From Eledone cirrhosa (taxonomy: Eukaryota), in contig OZ024747.1 in NCBI GenBank assembly GCA_964016885.1, forward strand, positions 15,996,001 through 16,060,000: 64,000 nucleotides of DNA. The letters are read 5' to 3'. The stretch's first letter is position 1; each line of letters starts with the position of its first letter. The notes under the pieces were generated by a model that saw nothing but the letters and a program-made list of their open reading frames with translations, ran no database searches and was not told the DNA's origin. Shown here piece by piece: positions 55,415-64,000 of this stretch. The position numbers and the translations under genes were made by a program.

Positions 55415-56236
55415 AATTCCATATATGGTCAAAGTGATTGTCAAAAATCAGTAGTAATTCTGTGGTTGCAAATTAGTAGGGGAGATGGTGGCTAAACCTG
55501 CCAGTAGGAGAAAGAGGGGAGGGGGTGGAGTAGACCCAATCAAGTGTTGGTAGTGCCAGCTACAGCTGGGCATGAGGTCAAAGAAGATACAGGGGAGGGG
55601 GAGGGGGAGGAAGTCGGAACGGTAGGTAGAACAATGGGGGGTAGAAATATATAGGAAAGAAAAAATACTGAGAGTGAAGAAAAGCAAATAGGTGTAAAGA
55701 AAAAAGTAAAGTAAATTAAATTCTACGACCTAGGTCTCTAGCTATTGTTAGGCTAGAATAAATAAATAAATAAAGAAAGAAAGAAGTAAAGAAAGAAATA
55801 AAGAAATAACGAAATAAGTAAAAGAACTAGGTGGGACGGATAGGCAAGGACCCTTTTGAGAGGTATAAGTACGTAAATGATACGGTGACGGGTCAACAAA
55901 AGGGGCCAAAATACTAAAGAGACTACTACGAAATAAACAATAAAGGTTTCCATCCCGGGCACAATGCCAGCAACCACCCAGTGCAGCAAAGTGAACTAGT
56001 ACGAGATAATAATTCTGAGTCCCGAGAAAAATATATACTAATGCTAACTCTAAAAGATCTAAAACAAGCTACATGAAAGTTCGTACGAAGTAAAGGTAGA
56101 ATACGGAAAAATAAATTCAGAATCCACCCCTCCCCTCTTTCTCCTACTGGCAGGTTTAGCCACCATCTCCCCTACTAATTTGCAACCACAGAATTACTAC
56201 TGATTTTTGACAATCACTTTGACCATATATGGAATT

Positions 56237-56330
56237 ACCCCTTGAGAAGATCGGCTATTTAAATACCAGGATAAATTTTCATTTAGTCCAGAATTAGCCG
56301 TCGAAACGGCTTGAGCTCAGCTGTCGGGGT
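56237..56330 (+). ncRNA. Family A type I hammerhead, U3-A8 variant
   Basis: ACCCC-UUGAGAA-GAUCGGCUA...UAGCCGUC-GAAA-CGGCU UGAGCUC AGCUG-UC-GGGGU. Confidence 0.82.
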
Positions 56331-56346
56331 CTTACTGGTTCATATA

Positions 56347-56378
<32 letters not shown>

Positions 56379-56379
<1 letters not shown>

Positions 56380-57855
56380 GGGATTTGAAAGACCAAGGCA
56401 TCCAATCTAAATTGGATTGGTAAATTTTGAACCACTCTAAAGAATATGCAAGAGGAACAAGAAAATGAACGCTCTGCATAAATGAAAAATATTGGATCTT
56501 GCAAAATGTTAAATCACCAAAGACCTGCCTGAACACAAAGACGGAAATTTTCACCAGTTGCCCACACATGAAATCACACCTGCTTTCCAGCTCATATAAA
56601 CTTAACACACTTTCAGATACTTTTCCTCCATAAACTTTAATTATTCTCTTTATAATTACCCTTTCTGGTTTACTTTCATTTTTATCCTTATTATTAATTT
56701 CATTTATTTTTATTTTTATTTTTATATATTTTTTTATTTTTACTTCACATCCACCAATAACCCCCCCCCCCATTATTCTCCGATTCACTTACCTAATATC
56801 TTCACTTTACATTTTTTACTTCCCTATTTGCTTCACTAACTGATTATACAGGTCACTTGCGTTTTCCACCCAGATATTTTTTATTTTTATTTTTATTTTT
56901 TATTTTTGGGCAGCCAATCTTACAATTTTATATTTGTACTTACTTATCCATAAGTTTTTTACACCCTGTATCTATGTGTCTGAACGCCTTAATGTGTGTA
57001 TACTTTCTATATATGTACATGAGCGCCTACGTATGTGCGCGCGCGTGCGTGTATATATATATATATGTATGTGTATGTGTATGTGTCTTTATATCCGTGT
57101 TTTTACATCTAGGTTTTGCGTTTTGTTTCTTTTTTCTTCTCCCCTTTTTTTACATCCTCATTTTTATCCGTGTGCATGCAAACATGTCAATATGCGTGAG
57201 TGTAAGTATGTGTGTGTGTGTGTGTGTGTATGTATCGAACGTATGGATGTGTAAGTGTGCGTGTGTATATAAGCATGTATATTTTTGCGTTTCTTTTGTG
57301 AGATATACGTGTGTGTGTATGCGTGTACCTTGTTTGTCTTCTTTTCTTTAATTTTTTCTTTCTAAATTATTGTTACATTTTTATAAACATAACGAGATTG
57401 AAACTTTCCTTTAATTATTACACTCCCTTACCTCTTTTACTTCCGCATATAAGTCTACGTGTGTGTAGGTGTGTTTATGCGCGTGCCTTCATATTCTTAT
57501 GATGTATCTATTCTGTCTGTAGATTACAGATACACAGATACATTTGCCCTAAATTATATAATTACGCACACTTTTTCACTATATATACATATGTGCATAC
57601 ACATATATGCACATCTGTGAGCGTGTATACATACATATACACACACCTAACTATATTTCTTGAAAGATTTTTATATATTTCATATTCTAATTCATTTGTC
57701 TATATTTTTTTTGCTTTTCTTGATGAGAATTTCCAAGTATTTACCCATGTTTTATATTGCCTCGTCTGACGAACGAATGAAGACGTTTCTTTCGTATTCG
57801 CCTCATTCGGGAAACCTCTGGTAATGAGGTAATTATATTGTATTGATTTTTATAC

Positions 57856-57857
<2 letters not shown>
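56379..57857 (+). mobile_element. 5'-truncated PLE: GIY-YIG C-terminus + long 3' UTR + HHR, in (TA)n
   Basis: The frame from 56379 reads WDLKDQGIQSKLDW*ILNHSKEYARGTRK*TLCINEKYWIL...CLNTKTEIFTSCPHMKSHLL, which aligns with 51083-51290. It is missing from the ORF track because of two stops. Confidence 0.82.
57758..57831 (+). ncRNA. Canonical type I hammerhead ribozyme
   Basis: UGCCUCGU-CUGACGA-ACGAAUGA...UCAUUCGG-GAAA-CC UCU GG-UA-AUGAGGUA. Confidence 0.88.
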
Positions 57858-57894
<37 letters not shown>

Positions 57895-58232
57895 GAAAGG
57901 TATAGAAAGTATTGTAGCAAGAAGCCACAGTATTCCATAATATATAAGTGACTATAGCGTCAAAATGGGGAAATAGTTAACGTAAGACGTGGGAAAAATA
58001 ATTCAAACTCAATTCAAAATGAATTAGGATATAGATTTATCCAACAGAATTTAGTTAAATCCAGGGAAAAATCAATAGAGCCTTAACTCATGATAAAACA
58101 AAGTTTAAAATACTCATCCTTCAATTTGGGACAACTACAAATGCTCTGTATAGTCTTGAAAAAGACTATTTCACGTAAACTTTCAGAGTGATGGTCACGG
58201 TTGGAATACGATCATCAATATATATATATATA

Positions 58233-58884
58233 CGAGGTGTGTCAGAAAAGCTCCAAGACTGATGTCACAAAAGATTTATTTCAAACCCAAACTTCACACT
58301 AAGAGTTTTCTCCTTCAAAGTAATCCCCCTGGACTCTAATGCATTTTTCGATCCTTTTCTGCCACGCTTGCATGCACTCCCGGAAGGATTCTTCCGGCAT
58401 CCTCCGCAGTTCCGTCGTGACGGCCTTTTTGATGTCGTCCACGTCTTCAAAACGGGCCCCCTCCGGGTCATACTCGAAGATCCAGCTCATTTGCCATAAG
58501 TCGAACAGTCCTGGTTGTTGAGGGCATTCCGCTCCTGGGGTCATCTTCCACGTCCTGGCGTACTTCTTTAAACCTCTTTCACCACTCAGAAACACGTGAG
58601 CGTGACATCGTCTCATCTCCATACACTTGCTGCATCAATCCCAGTGCTTCTGACGGAGTTTTCCCCAATCGTACCAGAAAGTTTGTTCGTTGCTCTGTCT
58701 TCATTGCTTGACAACCTGAAACAGAGGTATAACATTATGAAGAAAAATGTTTGATCGCGCAGAGAGCTAAGATTACAATTACATACTCCAGGGGGTACTT
58801 TGACGGAGTAACTCTTAGTGTGAAGTTTGGGTTTGAAATAAATATTTTGTAGCATCTGTCCTGGAACTTTTTTGACACCCCTCG
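58233..58884 (-). mobile_element. Internally deleted mariner DNA transposon
   Basis: Long TIRs CGAGGTGTGTCAGAAAAG... / ...CTTTTTTGACACCCCTCG with TA flanks. Transposase remnants read YGDETMSRSRVSEWRKRFKE..DVEDDPRSG and RFEDVDDIKKAVT..L..WQKRIEKCIRVQGDYFE. Confidence 0.9.
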
Positions 58885-60001
58885 TATATATATATATATA
58901 TATGTGTGTACGTACATACATGTGTGTACGTACATACATGTGTGTGTGTGTGTGTGTTTGTATGTGTGTGTTTGTGTGTGTGTGATTGAGCATACATAGA
59001 AATTGATGAGCAATTGCACGCACAATCACGCCAAAACATTTACAAACACACACCTATATACATATAACATATAATACAGAGCACAAGCTGATTTATTGAT
59101 TGTATAATTTTCGTTTAAATTAGCTCCTTTGTTTCCAACTTTTTATATTGTATTTACTATGATTTATTTGCGTGTGCATGTGTGTGTACGTCTTAGTGTT
59201 TTTTTAAATGTTACTGTCATTTATTATGTCGTTGTTTTGTTATTTTGTGATTGTGTGTATGTTTTGCTATGATTGAGTTATATGGACGGGATTAAATTGA
59301 ATAGGAGGGCTGATTAATATTAGTTTCTCTATTTTGTCATTTCCTTTACTTCATTGGATTGGCAGTATTGGTAGATAAAGTACCAGTAATGCTGGCCTTG
59401 TGCCAAAAGTAGAAACAATTATATATCTTCTCTATTTATATTTCGCTCTCACCCCCCCCCCTCTTTCTGAATTTCTGATTTACTTTTTCTCGAAACCTTC
59501 TAAATGATAACTGATGAAACTAGCCTGTAGTGTTTGTTATTGGTATGCATATGTGTATGCCTATGGTTAACGAACGCTGAATGTTTAAGAAATTCATTCT
59601 CTAATCATGAAGCCTTATAAATTTAAATTGGATCTTCGCATGGACTGCACATGAATTAATGAACCAGCAGTTTTAAGTGGAAATATTAATATGACACAGT
59701 ATGTTACTGAATATAGAGGATCAATTCGATTCAGGGAATTGAATAATGCTTATTTCACCCAAAATGTAAGAAATATGACAAAAAAACATCTCTTGTATGA
59801 TTTAAACTTGGGACGTAATATGAACTGAAACGGAAAATACATTAAATATGAATTCTACTAATTTTCCTATGGCTCGCAAATATCAGTGTTTTCGTTTGGA
59901 TGAACCGTTTTCTGCAACATTAAAACGTTAAATTGATATATCTAGTCCGGCCTTCTGTCGTTGTAAATAAATGCATATATGTAATACATTATATATATAT
60001 A

Positions 60002-60209
60002 TGTAGGAGGTGAGTTTTATTGTAGTACAATAAAGCAATGCAGATATCGGATATGTTGATTTAAAACTGCACTATCCACAAGTGTTTTTAACCTTCATAT
60101 CACGTCCTCCTCTATTATGTGATGAAAACACAAATGTTATTGCATGATGATATTTGTTTTTGAAATGCGAATAATAAAATACATGTAACTCAATTAATCA
60201 TCTTTTGAT

Positions 60210-60212
<3 letters not shown>
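60002..60212. mobile_element. Family C copy (inverted tail + short arm), HHR degenerate
   Basis: Matches 5576-5625 and then 5830-5995. CUGA is changed to GUGA. Confidence 0.85.
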
Positions 60213-60301
<89 letters not shown>

Positions 60302-60419
60302 CAACAGTGACAGAAACAGGTGTACTCAAGTAATTAATTAATACTAAACTCGTTCTATAACTCGTTCTATGGACTGAATGCTCTTACTCTTGGATATTTC
60401 CACTTAATTTTTACTTCAG

Positions 60420-60480
<61 letters not shown>

Positions 60481-60482
<2 letters not shown>

Positions 60483-61356
60483 AGCCGCAGAAACCCAAAT
60501 ACTGGATTTTACCATCGCCAGGGGTCCGGGTAAATTTTCAATCACATATATTTTTTATTTGTTTGACCCGAATTGCTTGATCGGTTTTTTTTGGCTGTGC
60601 GGATGATTAGTTTAACCACCATCTCAGTGTGTTTGGCCTTTAACGTATGTTGTAGCTCTAATTCATATGAATTATCGAGCGCTTGCCACACAACTCGGAA
60701 GTATTTTTCGTTAATTCCTGAGCTGAAATTCGATTCTCGCCAATTTATATTTGTATTAATCTCCAGAGTCTAGCTATTGGCCAGTTAATTTTATCGATTT
60801 TTTTTGGTTGATTCTATTGACTGATCAATATCTTTGTTATATTTAACCATTCTGTCGAGAGATTTATTTGATTTGTGATATTTTGCATTCTCGCAATATT
60901 ATACACAACTGGATTCATTCGCCTAATATAGGTGTTGCCTCCCTTGCTGAACTCCATGTGGGGTCAGTAATAGTCACACTTATGTATAGCATTTGAGCAG
61001 AATCCCGTTGAACAAGTGGCTTCCTTGTTCAGTCATCTTACCAGAAGCCTAACATTCTTTAAGTAAGCGGACAGTAATTGATTTATGGAGCCGCAGAAAC
61101 CCAAATACTGGATTTTACCATCTCCAGGGGTCCGGGTAAATTTTCAATCACATATATTTTTATTTGTTTGACACAAATTGCTTGATCGTTTTTTTTGCCT
61201 GTGCGGATGATTAGTTTAACCACCATCTCAGTGTGTTTGGCCTTTAACGTATGTTGTAGCTCTAATTCATATGAATTATCGAGCGCTTGCCACACAACTC
61301 GGAAGTGTTTTTCGTTAATTCCTGAGCTGAAATTCGATTCTCTCCAATTTATATTT
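60481..61356 (+). repeat. Family N: 606-bp partial tandem bounded by (TA)n
   Basis: GGAGCCGCAGAAACCC occurs at 60481 and 61087; direct repeat 60481-60752 / 61087-61356. Confidence 0.9.
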
Positions 61357-61370
61357 ATATAAATATATAT

Positions 61371-61940
61371 CTTCGGGTTTGAAGGTTCACCACTGGATAG
61401 AGCTGGTCAATTCCGTATGGTCAATCTTAATGTAATAATATGGAGACTACTCAACATAAAGCAGTTCAACCGTCTTCGTTTTTGTAGTTGGTGGTGTTAG
61501 TACGGAGTTAAATATTATAATAAAATGACAGGAGGCTGGACTTGTGTAAATCCTTGAAAGGTTTATTATACTATGATCATTTAAATGTCCGGGTTCCGTA
61601 TGAATTCGGTGATATCATCAGGTATTGGAAATACAATAAATGAATGTAATGGGTAAAATCCATGGGACAGAAAATCAAAGACAGGAGGACGACCGACCAT
61701 CTAGCATCTTCCACTTTAGCCGGTCGCCCTCAAGTGCGACCGGCTAAAGTGGAAGATGCTAGATGGTCGGTCGTCCTCCTGTCTTTGATTTTCTGTCCCA
61801 TGGATTTTACCCATTACATTCATTTATTGTATTTCCAATACCTGATGATATCACCGAATTCATACGGAACCCGGACATTGAAATGATCATAGTATAATAA
61901 ACCTTTCAAGGATTTACACAAGTCCAGCCTCCTGTAATTT

Positions 61941-61947
<7 letters not shown>
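61371..61947. mobile_element. Family M palindrome (arms 61516-61727 / 61736-61947) plus 145-bp tail, in (TA)n
   Basis: 212-bp near-perfect reverse-complement arms. Confidence 0.92.
61838..61895 (+). ncRNA. Type I hammerhead (family M)
   Basis: AUAC-CUGAUGA-stem II-GAAA-UGAUCA-UA-GUAU. The mirror copy in the left arm has GAAA changed to UAAA. Confidence 0.78.
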
Positions 61948-61984
<37 letters not shown>

Positions 61985-64000
61985 CCACAAAATATTAGCA
62001 AACCATCTTCACGGACACGTGTTTTATCAAACGGATTTTCAATGAAATTTGGTAATGTTAATAAACATTACGTAAGTGCACGAGTTGCGTTTTCAGCAGA
62101 GATTAAACTTCTCGGCCACTTACTGGTTCACAACTTTTTCTATATATATATGTGTGTGTGTGAGTGTGTGTGTGTGTCTTGGACAGTGTGTGTGTGTGTT
62201 TGTGTATCGGAAAAACTGTGAACCTGTAAATTGCCCATTCGAAACCTATACTAATATGAAGAAAGTAATCGATATCTAAAATATAAATACAAGTTTCTTG
62301 AAACTGTTTCTTTCGAGTTAAAATAAGTTTAAATCTTGGAAAGTTTATGTTAAAAGATTGTTACTATTATTGTTTTCTGTTCAAGATAATCAAACCTTGA
62401 ATAAAGAGGAACCTTTAGATGCTGCTACTTGTAATGTTATTTTTTCGTTTTCTTTTCAATTTTAGTTACTTTTAATATGTCTTTACCTATAGTTATTGTG
62501 TTATTTTCTACCACATGCGTAGGTTGATTATTCAAATATAGATGTTTTTATAGCAGAAAGATTGACTCAGAAAGAAGAAAATGTCGTAGATATATATATA
62601 TATATATATATATGGTAGTATATAAAAAGAAGAAAAAACAACTGAATGTAAAATAAAACTGAAACTACAAATAATGAGATATATAGTATGCATAGTCTAT
62701 TCAGTAAATACAATATTTTAAATGATGTAACATATATTCTAAAACTGCAATTTCTGTCAATTCACTATTTTCTTAGAACATAAATATATCTCAAGAAGTT
62801 TATGTAATAGGAAAATTCAAGAAATGCAAGAACATAAAAATTTAAGAATATTTCAGGATAAAAATTTGAAGACACGATTCAACAGTTATATTCCGAGATA
62901 TAAAATAATTGAAAGAATAAGATAATATAGGATCTATAAAGAACACCTAGAATTCATATCCATTACATGAATCCAATGGACGGGCTCCCGTGACGACCAA
63001 TTTAACGAACAAAGAAAGGAGCCTTGATATTATTATTTTGTCTTTGATAATTAGTAGCCATCTCATCTCAATCGAATTTTCGATCGAATTAAGGAAACAT
63101 ACTGATCGTTTCTCAACCCCCGTTCGTATAACCGGTACAGTCATGATACTGAGGCGTTTTCAGAAAACAAGTCATCTGATGGATGCCACGGCGTTAGATT
63201 TGGGGCAATTTCATCGGGATAACTACAGGTAGAAGACAAAAAAAAGAAAATAGAACAAAACGTAAGAATTTAGTGTATCAGACACAAACATACATTTTGG
63301 TGTTAGAAATGTAGTGGAGCCGATTCCCTGTACTTAACCACCATAGAAGAATGCAACTCTAAGTTGGGAACTGGAGTATTTGATCTCAGAATTTAATAAA
63401 TTTCTGGTATATTTCCTTACGTCAAATCCAGTACCTTACTGGCATTTTGTCTCAACCAGAAAACTATAAATAGATAAATAAATAAATAAAAGTCGAATCA
63501 TACTCCTCAGAAACTAGAGCAATAAATGTACTCGAGTGGCTATGCTGCTCTTTCGAACAACTTATCACATTCACATCGACAAAATCTATGTGGTCGATCA
63601 TCTTGATAAGCATTACAATGAGATATATTTCAGTTGAGAGTCAATACTCTTTAAAAAGTTGTAATTGTCATCTTAAATATAATATATACAGGAAAGCAGA
63701 CTAGGTTTGTTGAACCAAAGCTGAGTTGAAACAAGATAATAACATGACACTATCTCACACTTCACTAAGACACAATTGATATCATTGGAATTTCCATTGA
63801 ATATGCAGAGGGAGTGATTGTTAATATCATTCAACGTCAATGTTTCCCTGTTTTTGCCGACTCCTTGGCCTCTGGAAATGTGGCAATGAAAGAATGAAAA
63901 GAGATAGTTTTATAGAAAAAAATTGAATATACTTATTTAATCCAAAGACCTACTGTATAGGTCAACATACGTCGTCATAGGAATGTTGGCAACACGATAA

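Larger units (their letters stand above)
55228..56341. mobile_element. Family A longest copy: arms 55310-55529 / 56123-56341, tail 55228-55309
   Basis: Near-identical 220-bp inverted arms with (TA)n on both sides. Confidence 0.92.

Noticed and set aside
56466-56468. In-frame TGA at the first Cys of the endonuclease CxxC (possible selenocysteine)
   Set aside because: The same frame has a TAA at 56421 and the copy is truncated, so ordinary decay is more likely. A family consensus would be needed to revisit this.

Overview
Eukaryotic, AT-rich, microsatellite-dense and essentially gene-free animal DNA. The tRNA-headed SINEs resemble octopod families, so the source is probably an octopus-like cephalopod. 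Recognisable coding remnants are all from transposons: a near-complete Penelope-like element (PLE; RT + GIY-YIG) at 1-3575, two further PLE endonuclease ends (50554-51610, 56379-57857), a 5'-truncated RTE LINE, smaller RTE, I-group and RLE-LINE fragments, a deleted mariner, hAT MITEs and Helitron-like pieces. Nearly all other ORF-track entries are microsatellite artefacts. The main signal is non-coding. About a dozen unrelated short element families sit almost always between (TA)n tracts and share one architecture: an asymmetric head-to-head inverted repeat with one short arm and one long arm carrying a 3' tail, and/or 570-780 bp tandem monomers. Many carry hand-foldable type I hammerhead ribozymes (HHRs) with palindromic loop III. 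Three unrelated families use a compensatory U3-A8 core, and several have long stem II inserts. I read this as a diverse PLE-mobilised, retrozyme-like system that targets (TA)n and is primed from both target strands at fixed RNA sites. All folds and alignments were done by eye and are untested.
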